Source: Wallemia ichthyophaga EXF-994 (lineage: Eukaryota; Fungi; Basidiomycota). Taken from it: DNA of 248,000 nucleotides. A program made the position numbers and the translations under genes. The stretch is from assembly GCF_000400465.1 (NCBI RefSeq), contig NW_008806282.1:20001-268000 (forward strand). The letters run 5' to 3'. A model generated the notes under the pieces. That model had not been told where the DNA came from and searched no databases. It worked only from the letters and a program-made list of their open reading frames with translations. The stretch's first letter is position 1. Every line of letters begins with the position of its first letter. Shown here piece by piece: positions 165,701 to 180,136 of this stretch.

Positions 165701-167357
165701 AGGAGATTTATGAAATCTTTCGCTGACGAAATTGCTATGGTTCTTCCATTACCCGTCAACACTCACAACAACGGCTCAGTCAATGCGCTCGCTCGATCGG
165801 ATTTGATGGCGGATAATGATAATCAGCAGCCACAGACTCAGCATGACAGTGAGGCCAAGGAGCAGGACGAGGATGAGGAGGAGCACGCGAAGGAGCAGCC
165901 GAATGACCAAGACAAAGACACACAAGTACAGCCAATGACCAACGGTGTTGTTGATGGAGATGTGCTAGAGTATGACAAGGTATCTGATGAAGCGGGTGCC
166001 GACGAGGTTAAGAAAGATACTGATCATGTTCAAACCGGAGATCAGCAAATGGAGCAGACAGAAGAACCTGTTGAAGGAAGTCCCGAAAAAGAAGATGAAG
166101 AGAATGATGACGCCATAGATGAAGAGATGGCTGACTTTATCCAACCGCCACAAGCTGCTAACAAAGAGATTTCCAAAGACAGCGAAGATGACGAGCCGAT
166201 CATTGAGGATAAGAACGATGACGACTTTGAGCCAGATGAAGAGGAGGAAGAAGCCCCACAAGAACCCGATCTTCAACCAGTCCCACCAAAGCCTGAGGCA
166301 AATCTACAGGAAAACATGGAAAAATCATTAGATGAAGAATTAATGGAATTATCGACAATTCAGCCTGGAGAGGATCACAGGACGCGTCTGATGATTTACG
166401 ATATTGATCTTGAAAAGATTCATTTCAATGTATACAAAGACAACTATGTGAATCCAGCGCAATTCGTCGATGATGTCGCTAAGATTGTCCATAATGCTGA
166501 ACTTGATCCTAGTGATCAGGACAGGTTGTGGAAAGCACAGCAACTCCTCACGCATGCAAGAGTATTGGTTGATCAGGCTTTCGATGGCCCATTTAGAATA
166601 GAGTGTCAGCGTATGGCCGACAGAGAAACTAAGAGGATTGCAGAATACAAAGAGAAGAGGAAGAGAGAAAAGGAGGCATCTAAGAATGTGTCGGAAGAAA
166701 ATGAGGCGGGTGCAGCTGACGGGGAACAACAAGAGCAACCAGAACAGCAACCAGAACAGCAACCAGAACAGCAAACACGATCAGAGGAGCAAGACCAGTA
166801 TCAGCCGCAGCAAGACGGAATTGCAGCTGCAGCTCCTGAACAAAATGACCAGGCTGAACAATCCGAACAATCCGAAAATGGCACATCTCTCAAACGTCCC
166901 CGTGAAGGTGAAGGTGATGGTGATGGTGAGAACGGAGGAGATGGACCTGAGACTAAGAAGGCCAAAGGAGATGTAGAGATGACTGAGAGTGTGGGTGTGT
167001 TGATAACAGAGCTAATTTAAGCTAAAAGGAATATTACAGAGTCAACCAATTGATACTAGTCAAAAAGAAGAAGAGCTTCAAGAAGCTCCAAAGGAAGCCT
167101 CACAAGCTCCAAAGTCTCCAACGCCCGAATCGGAACCTGAACCTGAACCTGAATTCTTAGTCGACGAGAGTCAATTGACTCAGTTACTCAATGAGGCTGT
167201 GGCGTTGGTGAAAGATTTCAACGCTGACGAGCTCGAGCAGACGAGAGCTAACATTTCTAGCGTGATATGGCAACATCGCGAAGAATGGAACCGACAAAGC
167301 ACGATTGAAGCTGTGAGATCTGCTTTGCACAGCTGCAAATATGATGTAGACATGTAA
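162750..167357 (+). CDS. YTA7: AAA+ bromodomain ATPase Yta7/ATAD2
   Basis: GPPGTGKT, RKGADCLSKW, FFDEIDG, RRPGRFDRE, bromodomain-like region. Confidence 0.95.
166727..166777. repeat. Coding (QPEQ)n repeat in Yta7
   Basis: gaacagcaacca units. Confidence 0.8.
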
Positions 167358-167418
167358 TATAAGATGAAAAGAAAAGAGTTGATGCATTGATTTAATTTAA
167401 GTTGCTAAAGCACATGGA

Positions 167419-167770
167419 CTATCCTGGTATATTTCTTCTTGGCGGTAACGGAGGTGCACTGCGGCGCAAGTGATGAGTGTGATGAGTTCGAGGAGGCAGT
167501 GGAGGGGCGTAGGCGGGAGTTCGCACTGCTGGCTCATAAGCAGGAGTACGAATTGGTGGACTATAAAGTGGTGGGGGATTTGCTTCGTTTCGCTTCCTCA
167601 CCAGGTCTCTGAGTAGATCCTCACCAGCCTGTCTTCTCAATTTGTCCCTATTCAGTCGCTCTTCTAGTGACAAACAGTCGCGAGCATCCTTCTCCCAGCT
167701 TTCGCGCAGCGCTATATTGAACGCCAGCTCGGGATCAGCGCTAGGAGGGTGATCTGCGCCTTCATTAGAT
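167419..167770 (-). CDS. Small proline-rich hypothetical protein
   Basis: PPLPPR motifs; short ORF with upstream exon. Confidence 0.4.
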
Positions 167771-167987
167771 TCAGGCTGTTGGATTTGCCGCCTATTTCTA
167801 GCTGTAGATTATCGTGAGGTTTATAAAATACTACCAGCAATTATACTCACGTTTACGCTGCTTTTGTGCTACCAACATTTGCCGATTAGGATCTGGCATC
167901 CTGATCGTCATTTCACAAACTTGATAAGCCGGATTAATGCAATATTTCTATAGTAGTACACGTCTATTTGATCACATTAGATCACTT

Positions 167988-168968
167988 TTAGAAGTAAGGC
168001 GTCTCGTAGACCTTGTCGCGCATCTTCCAGTCTCCGTTGCGCATCCACAATGGCTTTTCGAACATGACGTAGTCTAAAACGTTGTGCTCTGGGTGGTTTG
168101 GGCCGAGTGACTGTGTGGCTTGTTAGAATTGATTCCTATCAGTGCTCAACTCATACCTGTACTGTATTGAACTTGACGACCACCTGACAAATACGCTTCT
168201 CGGCGGACTCTGGCAGCATTGGCATGACATTTGTAGTTCTCACAGAGAGCACGCTTGGTGGCTCTATCACTCTGACCACCTTCCAATCATATTTTGTGTC
168301 ACGATCCAATTTCACTGTCTTGGCTTGTGAGTCTGAAGCTTCCTTGAGCGCGTGTGTGGATAGTTTGTTGATTGATTTAAAGTCGCCGCTGTTTGAGTGT
168401 TAAGTGGGGGTTGAATTACCAGCACTTTGCACACCCGCTTACCTCGCTATTGCCTTCTGGAGCGCTGTATACTTTTCATAAGCCACAGTGCTGGCCCAGT
168501 GCGTAGATGCTTTGCGCCTTTCCATCCACTTCAGCCCAGGCACGCCTTCCTTCTCAGTCTTCCATTCACCTTTCTCGAACAGCTTCATGCGGCTGTGGGA
168601 GTTTCTTTAGCTTATTCTGTATGCACCAAAGCAACCCACTGATGATAATCCTGCAGGCTTGTGTACAGATTCCATTGAAGCCACTTAAAGAACTCCATCG
168701 GTTTGAATCCCCTTGAAATGAGAGCAGAGGGGCTTAAATCGCTCGCTTTCAAACCCAAAAAAGACCTCGATGGCTTAACGTATGGGCTCAGTTTACCGAA
168801 ATTCATCTCTTCTAATCCAACTCGAACCTCTGCTTCTCCAGTCGCACCTTTGGCGACGGCAGCTCTTTCAGCAGCAGCCTTGATTTTCCTCAGAGCTTCT
168901 GCATCAGGTTCGTTGACGAATGTCTTCCTGGAGCTGCTCGCGAATTGTCTTGCTAGTGTTGGTCTCAT
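167988..168968 (-). CDS. Mitochondrial Tim44-like/mL45 (Mba1) family protein
   Basis: Presequence MRPTLARQFASS; CQVVVKFNTVQ, LDYVMFEK. Confidence 0.55.
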
Positions 168969-169027
168969 TGGCGGTGTGATGGTGATACAAGCGAGCAAGA
169001 CAAAATGTTTGATTTCGATTACAAAAT

Positions 169028-170480
169028 TTACAAAGGCTCAGGACCGTCAATTACAGCCTTGATGAGACTCTTCCCGTCTTTGCCTTTACCCGCCTTTGTT
169101 GAGTCGAAAGCGCTGAGTGCATCGTTGTACGCGAACGAGTGCGTGTGCAGCTCCTTGAGATTGATCTTGCCTTGACTGACGAGATCGATGGCGAGATCAT
169201 AAGCGCCTGGTCCATATCTGAACGATGTCCTGTACTGGATTTCCTTGGACATCATAGCTCCAACTGGTATTTGAATATCTGGTCTACCCATGCCCACTTG
169301 TACGAATTTGCCTGCAGGTTTCAAGAAATGCAGTCCCATTGTAATACATGGTTGCGCTCCACTAGCCTCCAACACCAAGTCTATTCCATTGCCTCCCCTC
169401 GCTTCAACACCAAGCGATTTATGAAGATTTGCAACCACCCTTGACATGTACTCGTCCTGCGACTCTGTTTCACTCTTTGCAGGTGGCTGAAAAGAGTCAG
169501 TTTGCGCGTATTGCTTCGCGAATGCTAATCTCTCCTGGTTGATATCTACTGCAATAATACGTCTTGCGCCGAGGCTGTAAGTGGATCAAGTGAGCGGGGT
169601 GTATGTTGCCAAGCACATCAGCACTCACGCTTTGGCCGTAGCAATCAACAGCAATCCAACAGGACCGCAACCAAACACGATAACATTCTAAAAACACGAT
169701 GTAAGTGAGTCGTGAGGTGAGCATTTAGCTGAGCACTTACGTCATTTACTTTAATTTCACCGATTTTGGCAGCAGCGTGTACTGCAACGCTAAGTGGCTC
169801 CATCTGGGTTAAAAATTGCATGAGACATTGACTTTCAATGGTATTCAAGACTTCAACTCACCATAGCACCCTCTTCAAGAGATAGTGTGTCAGAAATAGG
169901 GTGGACGAAATCAGCTGGGAGCTTGAAGTAGCGGCAGAGAGTACCTCCTTCGAAGGGTGGTGTAGCGGCGAATGTCATGAATTCACATAATTCATAACGA
170001 CCGCTCTTACAATCGACACAAACACCGCAGCCGAAGCCAGGCTCCATAGCCACGCGCTGACCCGGCTTCACCTTGACTTTGTCATCTGTGCCGACCTTGA
170101 CGACGATCTGCAGGAAAGGGGAAAGGACAAGTCAGACGATATGATCACTTGAATAACATGCTCCCGCACCCCTGATGATTCATGGCCCAAGCACATGCCA
170201 TTTGGACACAAACTGACTGCAAATGAGCCTATAGCGCCGTGTTGCCAGTAGTGAACGTCCGAGCCGCACACACCCGTTTTCTTAACCTAAAAGGTACACT
170301 TAGCAAATGGAAGGACAGTCATCACTATAAAGTACTTACCTCCACCAACACATCTTGCGGACCAACCTCAGGAATTGGTCTTTCTTCATACGTGACGGAT
170401 AGCCCATCACTCTTCTTGCGGAGAATGAAGCTTGGATTTTGCATTTTGTTCGCAATGGACGAATTCTCGACTATGGACAT
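169028..170480 (-). CDS. Xylitol/sorbitol dehydrogenase (MDR)
   Basis: [36 protein letters not shown]. Confidence 0.93.
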
Positions 170481-170906
170481 TGTTTTGTTTAGCTAGAGGA
170501 GTGGTCTCCGACAACCCCGCGTTTAAATCTGCGATTTCATACTTAGATTTATGACGTAGCATACGCCGGAGCTATTCCATTTGAACGTGTCGCATGGAAT
170601 CAGGATAATTAGCTCCTATTAAGTTATTAATACAGTCTGTGGCTGCTCTAAGCTTGTTATTGACATAACACCGGAATATCCGAACGAAGAGCAGCAATTT
170701 CGCACCAAGGCGGGTCTTTGCGTTTACAATTAGCATTTATAGAGTCAGAAATCACATCGCATTCAATTTAATGTGCAATTCATGACTTTATCGAACATAA
170801 TTCCCCAAATTTTACCTTGCATTACTAACTAGCATGACAAATCTATGAAATGACAAAAAAAGAAGACAACATTTTACTAAACGTGAATTCATGACAATTA
170901 TTGTAA

Positions 170907-172882
170907 TCAAGTTATGACATCCATAGCCTTATCGAGTGCGAACTTGCATACGGCAAGGAGCTCGTTAACGTCTTCCAAACCAATTGAGCATCTAATGAGA
171001 TTCCTATCGACACCATACGACTCGATCCAATCGAGCTCCGTGTAGTGAGCGAGGATGGCATAGCAGCTTGCAAGGGTAAAGTTGCAGCCTAAAGAAGGAC
171101 CAGCCGCGAGGTTAAGATTGTCAAAGAACACACGTGCAATTTCTCCATTCCTTTCTTGTGTATTTTTCGAACTACCAAAGGTCAGACTAAATAAACCACC
171201 ATAACCACCGCCTTCTCTCTTCCTAGCGGTGTAATTGTCTTTAGTAGAGTATTTAGGATAGAATACCTCCTTGATAACGCCATTTCCGCGGCCATTGGTT
171301 TCTGACATCATGTAAAAGTAGTCACAGATAGCTTCTGTCGTCTCGTTTACCTTCTTGATACGACTGCAAAAGTCTCGTGAGTTGCGTTCCATGAATATCG
171401 CATCTTCAAACCAGTAGCTGTCTTCGTAAGTATCGACTACATAATCGCGAATATCCTCGTAGTGCCTGCCTTCGGGATTCAATATTATGCTTCCGCCCAT
171501 GACGTTCGTTTCGCCCGAGAATGCCTTTGTGAGTGATGAGACAACGACGTCAGCCATAGGGAGGATATCGATGTTCATGAAACTACCAATGGTCTCATCA
171601 ACAACTATAAGGAAGTTGTACTTGTCGGCCAATTCGCGAAGACGGGCCAAGTTAGGTGATTTGAGGAGGGGGTTACCTGGGAATTCGCAGAACACAGCAA
171701 GAAGCTGCTCCTTGCTTGCAATATCTTCCAGCATGGCTAAATCAGCATCATCACCTCTACCTAGGAAGTGAGCGCCTGGACCCCACTTCTGCAACACCTT
171801 GAGCGTATCGGTGTAGGGGAAACTGTCAGACTATTAGAATATGCTGAAGGGGTAGCAAACCAACTCACCCAAAGCAAACGCTCTTTCCAACGCCTTCGCC
171901 TCTCCATTTCATAGCAGCCTGGTGGGTCAACCAGATAGCAGCCATGCCGGTCGGGGTCAACCAGACATCATCCTCAGTGAGACCAACACCACGTTCACTT
172001 TCAATCGTTGGTCCAACAGCCGCGTCGACATGTGGGTCAATAACAACCCCCGCAATGCGTCTCTTCAATGCTCGTTTTGCGAGTGGAGCTGATGCCAATG
172101 GCAGGTTTCTTCCGTATCTCTCCTCGACATAGACAGCATGATCCTTATCGAATATGTCCTCATTGTTATCCTCATTCGCCTGCTTAATGGCAGAGCTAGA
172201 TAATATTCCACTAGCTACATCAGTACCGCCTGGAGTTGGAGGTTGGCTAGTCTGTAAAAATTTTGATTTGCTATTGTAAAAACGATTGCGACTACCGCTT
172301 CTACTGAACAGAGGAGGATTATGAAGAGGAGTGCTAGCGACAGAAGACTTTGGGCTGAGTTTCTCAGACATGTCCAGACAGTCTAAAGCGCGTTCAGCAA
172401 GTCTAGAGCTAACGCCTAAACCCGTATGTTGCCAGAACTGTTTGGCAATGCCCCAATGATCCTTATCGAATATAACAGCGTGTATCTCTATGCAAGGGAT
172501 CGCAGGGTTTGGGGATGGGTCGCAGACTGTGAGTTGGGCGAGACGGGCGTTTGTAGCAGTTGGTATAATGAAATCACGGCATTTTTCTGCGATTCTGTGT
172601 GTGGGGAATAGCATGCAGTTCTCCTTATCGAGATTGCCGAACTTTTTGAGAATCACAGCCGATAGCGCTTGTATTTTGCGATGTATAAAGAATCTAAGGG
172701 GCGGTAAGGTTAGCAGTGGGAACCTCAAGCAGCCACGAAACTAACCTCGGATACCCCGTCACCATGGCGTCAACAACTCGTGGTGCTCCTTCTTCGTAAT
172801 CCGTGTGGTCTTTCCATGTGGGAAGACTAACGCTGATTGCGTGCTCTACCGGTGGAAGTGCACTGCCTAAAGCTGCACTCAT
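170907..172882 (-). CDS. STR2: Cystathionine gamma-synthase
   Basis: HAISVSLPTW, YPRFFIH, EFPGNP, SSLTKAFSG, GPSLGCNFTL. Confidence 0.92.
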
Positions 172883-173253
172883 GGTTGTATGTGATGAAGC
172901 CAGGCGGATGAGTCACAATCGGTGGAGGCGTTTGAGAAGAGTACGTGGAGTTGCGTGTATCCAGTTGTGTACATTAACAGTGGCGCAATTGCGTGTATCC
173001 AGTTGTATAGATAGGAAACTCAATTTGCTTATCAGTGCCACAGCATGTGATCACAAGCAGCGCTTCTTTAGGCGATCGGCTGTTGAACAGAGAAGACACG
173101 AAATTGACGCAAAAGTGAGCGAAAATGAGCACAAATGAGCACAAATGAGCAATAACCACTATAAAACACAATTAACACCTCAAACCATCAACATAGGCAA
173201 GCCGTTCAACTTATGCATATTTTCTGGTACGATTACTTTACTACAGCCAAAAA

Positions 173254-173734
173254 TTACTTGCCCTTGTTTGGACCAGCTCCCTTGGTAGCACCTGGGCCAG
173301 CGGCGACTGGAGCGTGAGCCTTGGTAGCGTTGGCTCTGGCAGCCTTAGACTCCTTAGCTTGCTTGATGGCCTCTTGACGAGCAGCAGTACGGACTTCTGG
173401 CTTCTGGGTTCTCTTGGCTTGGATAGCTTCGAGGTCGAGACCGACGATACCACGGGAAGTCTTTGCGGACTTCTTGCCCTTCTTCTTGTGAACTTCCTCG
173501 GTAACACCCTTCTTGTGGAGCTTACGGCAGAAAGCGGTCCAGGCGATCTTTCTTGGGTTCTTACGTTGGAGGAAGAGTGACTCGCACTTTCCGTTGGCGA
173601 ATCTGAAGACCTGTGGAGGGTTAGGGGCGGCCAAACACCACAAGACCACTCACTCTGTTGTCGAGTCTGACGTAAAGACGACCCTTGGCTGGGTAAATCT
173701 TTTGGCCTGAGAATGAGCAAAGTTCGACCTTCAT
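173254..173734 (-). CDS. RPL24: 60S ribosomal protein eL24
   Basis: [28 protein letters not shown]. Confidence 0.97.
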
Positions 173735-174330
173735 GCTGCTGCCTGTGGGGTTGGGTGTTAGTGGCAGTGTCGTTGGATGGCTGAAGAATGTGCCTATGAG
173801 GGACTTTGGAGCGAAAGAGGAGCAAATCATCTGAAAAGCATTTAAGTGGGATTATACGCTCCAGAAATGCATATTCCCTCTGGCGTACACTTCCTCGCTG
173901 TCCACCTTGGCAACTCAAGAAATCTTCAAATTTGGGCGACAAGACCTGCAAAATTCCAGATAACCCGTCGACAGCTCCAGCAAGCACACCTCATCCCACA
174001 AGGCAACATCCCAGCTATTTTACAACCTCACCTTATTGGTTTCCGCAAAGGCACAAGTGAAATTCTCAGCGCCATCATCTCGCGAATTAAAAATTGATAA
174101 ATGTCGTTGGATCGAGGAAATTAAATGTGCGTTGTGGTTCTGTGGCTTTTGTTGATGCTGCCTGTATAAGCATCTCTGTACGTGTGTGGATTGTGTAGTG
174201 TGGTGATATAGCGATATGTGCAGCGATGGGCGTGGTGCGTGGGCGTGGTTAGTAGGGAGACAGCGGGAGCTTTAAATATCAACCGCATCTCGTCTCTCTT
174301 CATTTTCCAATTGTTTATCTCTTCGCAACG

Positions 174331-174963
174331 ATGATCACCACGGATAGATTGTCAGTAATTGCAACGTCTACGCTATCGAAGCTGCTCGAGCGGGAGAAGA
174401 TACGCGAGCTGGGACTCAAATACGGCGACGACGAGCTAGAGGCCAATATCGACACTCTAAGCCAAGGCTACGACGTCCTGGCAGACGATGAGTCCGACGC
174501 CGCGCTCAAGTTCAAACACCAATACCTAAATCTGCTAGATATCCTTGGCAGGGAGAAGCCGTCGCCGAAGCCATCTTCGGCAAAGGATTTGCCATCGACT
174601 CATCTCCCTAAAACGCAGAGTGCCCAGCAGACACCAGCTACGCGAACAACAAACGAACAGCAGCAAGAACAGCTGTTCAACTACGACGATCTCATGGACC
174701 AGCAGGATACCCATCTCGACAACCTCTCGCACTCTCTCAGCAACCAACACCAATTGAGCAGCACTATGACAAATGAACTCGGTCAGCATAACGAGCTGCT
174801 CCAGGATCTGGAAATAGGTTTGGATGATACGCAGCTTCGATTAGGTAAGAGCAGTACCCTCCTCAACAGGCTCAACACCAAATTCAAGTCAAATACATCG
174901 ACATATTGCATTACAATCATTATCCTCGTACTTATTCTGTTGATTTTAATATTCAAAGTGTAG
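174331..174963 (+). CDS. Qc t-SNARE Syn8-like
   Basis: QQDTHLDNL SNARE motif, C-terminal TM. Confidence 0.85.
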   Translation: MITTDRLSVIATSTLSKLLEREKIRELGLKYGDDELEANIDTLSQGYDVLADDESDAALKFKHQYLNLLDILGREKPSPKPSSAKDLPSTHLPKTQSAQQTPATRTTNEQQQEQLFNYDDLMDQQDTHLDNLSHSLSNQHQLSSTMTNELGQHNELLQDLEIGLDDTQLRLGKSSTLLNRLNTKFKSNTSTYCITIIILVLILLILIFKV

Positions 174964-176208
174964 CCATATCCATCTCACATGCCATTGCAAGATCTTGGAG
175001 TGTTGGTTTGGCCGGAGTCGGATCGGCGTGGCCGGGGAGGTTGTCGTGGGTGTACTGGGTGTACTGGGTGTCTGGGATTGAAGCCGCAGTCGACATCGGG
175101 GTATCGTGAGAGTCGTTGGTGTTAGTAGAAGCACTGGAAGCAACACTATCGAGTGTGATAGAGGACATTCTCCTTGCGGCGGAATTGCTGTTAAATGAAG
175201 GTGTGCTTTTAGACACACGCATACTCTTTCCGCCTTTCCCCTTCTTGCGCAAAACCTGCGTGGATCTTGCGCGTGGTAGTGTTCTCCCAGCGTACGTTTC
175301 GTCTGGGTAATGTCCGGGTGAGCGGCCTCTGACGACAATAGGCATGCTCTTGGCTTCGCCTATCCGTACTTCTGCGCTATTGTCGAGTTGAGCGTGGAGA
175401 GACACATTGAGGCGAAACATCTCCGACTTTCTGTGGGTGCTCCGTTCGAATTGGATGCGCTCAAACTTGGCTACTTGTGCCTCGCTGTCGTCGCTGTCGT
175501 TGCTTATCAACGCCTGTAGCGGCAAGCGCGATGGAAACCGTTTCGGTCCTTTCTCTCTCGCTGTGGAGAACTGGATCAAGTGAACGGGATCCTCGACAAC
175601 CGCACAGTCGTCGCACATGCTCGCGCTGATACCAACAGAGAACGAGTCTATTGGGTGGTATTGACCATTTATCATGACCAATGGATTGCCAATCTCCTCA
175701 TCGTTCATTTGAATTCGGTTGTTTGGCTGGAGAACAACGCTTGTGCTGATCTGGAAAAAGTTGCGCCGGTATGTCGTGGCTACAGTCTTGTTGGAGTTAT
175801 TTGCCCATATAAATCCCTTATCTACGCGACAGTTGATGACTGGATTGAGGCTGCAGAGGTAGTCAGCGGGGAACTTATCAAAGACACCAGCACCGCCCAC
175901 CCAACAATGTTGTCTTGAAAAGGCATAAAGAGATCATTATACTTGATGCTATTACTGAAAAAGCCAACGTTGTCGTCATCGCGGCTGTTGACACGAAAAG
176001 AGGTGGTGTCTTGGTTATTGTAGTCAGCCAGAGTGAAGCGCTCAAAATCGAGCTGAGCGGTGGGGGAGTAATTTACAGGGTCAAAAGTGGATGATGACGG
176101 AGTATCTGGTGAGTTCCACAAGGCAAAAGACGGCGTAGGTGAGTGGAAGTCGTTGAAATCAAAGCCTTTCCACAATGCACGCTCATCAAATTGGCTGAAA
176201 GGGTTCAC
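174953..176208 (-). CDS. NDT80/PhoG-family transcription factor (frame change near 175900)
   Basis: VDKGF, TYRRNFFQI, LIQFSTAREKGP, FERIQFERST, IVVRGRSPGHY. Confidence 0.85.
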
Positions 176209-176482
176209 AAGTGGCGGAGGTTCATTAAGCGTAGATCTTTGAGGTGGCGTCTGAGGCGTTTGGGATGGGCTGGAGAGTGCTCAGAGTGCTGCTAATATGC
176301 TGTGCACCTCACTCACAAGCTCATAAAACTAAGAAAAAGGATTTTTAACACAACGACGGTGGTTAAATGCTAAATATATTCAATTTGTACAATTTTATTT
176401 ATCAGCCGCCCTGGATTGATTTCGTGAAATGTTTGTCACTTGGTCGGGCTGAGACGCGTCTCAAAGCCTTGCAGATACGTCG

Positions 176483-178294
176483 ATGAGCTCGAGCAGCGTA
176501 AATTCACGAGAAATAATTCTGAAAATATTCTCAAAGAAGCACTCACTCTCACTGACACCACAATCACTTGGATTTCTTCAGAATTTATCAGAAACTTATT
176601 CACTCAATTCAACGAATCTAGCAAGCATCGCTGATTCTCTAGCGCTGGCATATCTCAAGCAAGACGACTGCAGCTCCATTGTAGACGCAGATGTACTCAA
176701 GAAGGTATATCTCAATCTTCAGCTCAACTACGCAGGTGGAATATCCACGCTCGATAACGAAGACTACGTCAATGAGGATGAAATTGATCCAAGGAATTAC
176801 TTAAAGATCGTAGACGCTTTCGATATTCCCAGGTACTCGTACGCTGTTGATAACAAATCCTTCGTAAAGCACAACACACACAGCATCGCTGCCCACCCAT
176901 CCAGTCTCTCTCAATTATGGCTCGATAGGTACAACACTATCAAGCAAATCATTCTCCGCAACGAGTTCTTCTCCCCTCCTTCCACCGTCGCCGCCAACAA
177001 CCACGATAGAGACAATTACATGAAAATTACTTCCACCAAGAACCTTCTCGGTAGACACAATCACCGCTTTATGCTCTTTGGTATGCTTTCACAGACTACT
177101 GATGGCAGACACGCCCTCCAAGATCCAGATGGTGTCGTTGTGCTGGATTTGAGTGATGCTGTGAGTTGTTTTAGTGCTCTCTACCTTCTCCTAACTCACT
177201 TGAATAGGTTCCTGGTGAAGGCTTGTTCACTGAAGGCTCTTTTGTTCTCGTAGATGGAGTTTATGAGCTGCTCACAGATGAACCCATCTTCAAAACATAT
177301 GGTATAGGCCATCCTCCATCTGAAAAACGTTCGTCGTCACAAGATGTGCATGGTCATATTGATTTCCTAGGTCTTGGCGGTATTTCACTTAAAGACCAAG
177401 TGGGTTGACGCGCGTTACAATGAGAATCCGCTAACACCACCCAAGAAACTTTACAACAGAATAGAAAAAAGCTTAGATCACATAGGCTTTATAGTGTTAT
177501 CCGACGTATGGCTCAATGAGCTCTCTACACAGACATCACTCAGGCGTTTATTTGAAGGCTACAACAGCGCTTTTAACGACTTCAGACCACTAATGTTCAT
177601 TTTTTGCGGCAATTTCTCCTCACAGCCCATCACCTCTTCTCGTGACATCCGCGAATATCACGACTCGTTCAATAAGCTAGCCGACATAATATGCGAATAC
177701 CCATTGTTAGCACAGCACTCAACATTCGTCTTTGTTCCCGGTCCCAACGATCCATGGAGCTCAGGCACAACGACTACACTCCCTCGCAAGCGCATACCCA
177801 CAACATTCACGCGCACATTCGAAGCTAAAGTGAGTAGGACGTATTTCACCAGCAATCCAACTCGTATACGCTACTTCAGCCAGGAAATAGTGGTATGTCG
177901 CGACGATGCCATGTCGCGGATATTGCGCAACAATGTCAAAGTGAAGGAGGAGAATGGAGAGGATGGGGAGGATATGGATGTCAAGCTGAAAAAGTTTCTC
178001 GTACAGACCGTGATTGATCAGGCACATCTAAGTCCATTCACCATCAATACTCGTCCAGTGCTATGGGAATACGATCATACATTGCGATTGTATCCTATAC
178101 CCACCTCACTCATCCTCGCTGATAAGTATGACAGATATGAGTTGAAGTATGAGGGTTGTAGAGTGTTTAATCCTGGCTCTTTCTCATTCGGTATGCTTGG
178201 AAGCGATACTAGCAACAGCAAACCCAGGTTGTGGAGTGTGTATAGACCATGGAACCAAGAAGTTGAATACTCTGAGTTGCCCGGGGAGGAGTAA
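176483..178294 (+). CDS. DPB2: DNA polymerase epsilon subunit B
   Basis: KIFSKKHSL, FVLVDG, FVPGPNDPW, NPTRIRYFSQEIV, FNPGSF. Confidence 0.93.
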
Positions 178295-178501
178295 TTGAAG
178301 TTAGTGGTGATGCATTCACTGCACATCCATCGCGATTAGCCAGACTATTTATTCATGTATACCCCTATAAACATTACTGCACTTATGCATTCATCACGCC
178401 TGACTATTTTCACTACCCTCTTCTAACGCAACCCTCGTTTTGGTGCATAAATCGCTTATCGCATCCGTAACGTCATCAACTGCGACCGACAAAACGAGAA
178501 A

Positions 178502-179353
178502 ATGGAGAAATTGCCAGTAGAGCTACTTTGCACGCTTTTAGAGTACTCAGGAGCCCTAGGGCTTACCTGTCGCCACCTAAATCGTCTCAGCAAGGACCTT
178601 AGCATAGTGCATATCGCGGGTCCGAATCCTCCGAATCTCGCACACTTCAACATGGATGGCAAGGGGATGTATGAAATAATGGATAATGAGAAATTTGAGC
178701 GAGATCTGGCAGTTATTTCTGCTGACAGCCTACAAGCATCGAGTGTGAGGTGAGTATTGGATTGTGTGAAAAAGCGTGCGGGTCTTTGACGAGCGATGTG
178801 CAGGCAAATAAGATACAGAGATACAGATAGCGTCAATGAGCGTGTACTAGAGCACCTCAAAAACCTACCTAACCTTACCACGGTGATTATACAATGCACT
178901 AGTGTGCTATCGATGAGTGTGCTGCGCAGGATGCGGAGGCTGCACACTCTGAATGTGAATTCGATAGTATCCGCTAAAGATATCCCCATAAACGACATTC
179001 TCAATCAGTGCCCTGCGCTCAACACACTCACCGTCGATATGATGTTTTACAAGCATTACAGCGAGAACAACCTCAACCAATTGGATGGAGTGATGGTGGG
179101 AAATCATCCAGTGCAGACTGTCGTGCTTAGACATAAGCTGTGCGGCAAGTGCTACTGCGCGCACAATCACAATCCATTCGATCTCGTGGCGGTTTACTTG
179201 CCTACTTGCACTACGAAATCTCTTAGCAACAAGCCACTAGTCTCCTTAGTCAGAGTACACAGCCGGAGCACTCTCGTCGATGTGCTAGCCCGTGCTTATG
179301 GCTGGGAAAGGGAGGAGTGTGCAGTAGAGGAGGAGTTGGCCAAGGCACTGTAG
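178502..179353 (+). CDS. F-box/RNI-like hypothetical protein
   Basis: MEKLPVELL N-terminus; LKNLPNL, CPALNTL repeats. Confidence 0.55.
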
Positions 179354-180136
179354 TGGATTTTCGTCCATTATCTCATCCGCTTCTTCCTATCTCGCTCATA
179401 TCCCCCTCGCGCCCTTTTTTCATCGTTGATTTCGTTAAATTTTGGCAACAAACAAAGCAAATTTCATCGTGTATTAAATTGATTCATTCATTCAGTTTTT
179501 GCTGTTTGTGCGTACCCTTGACGCATCCGCTAGCACAAATGATATTGTGTGCATATGTTCGATTTTCAGAGTAGTTTTTCACCTCTGTTTCTGGAGGTGG
179601 TCTGGAGAACCTGAGCCTCGATATAGATACTTCGCATAATACAATACATGCATTATTACAGTTACTGGTAAATTATGTCTTAATTTAGTCTTAGTTCTCA
179701 ACTAATTCGTCGCCGGGTCACCCAATTATTCCATGGCTTGGACGAAGCTTAAATGTGTGTCTTGACACGGCTTTGAATTTTAAGCAGGTCTAATCTAGCT
179801 CCTTTCCTGAACATAAATTTATGCATTCGTCCTCAGCTGGATTTGATCTGCTTATACCGAGTCGATCTTCTCTCACTTAATCTCAATTCCCCTAAATTCT
179901 TCAATTCTAGCAAAAATCTCATGTATGGAACACATTTTGCGACGCTTGTTTGGATTTTTACACCAAAAAGTATTGCGATGTGGCTTTTCAGATACCGCGA
180001 AGATGGCGTCAGAGGGGGATAATTGTAAATACAGCTATAATACGGATGTAAGAAGGGGGCGCAGCAGTAATAAAAGCAGTTGCTAAAGTACTCATCCTAG
180101 CAACCGATCGAAAGTCCACACTTAAACTCGCACAAG

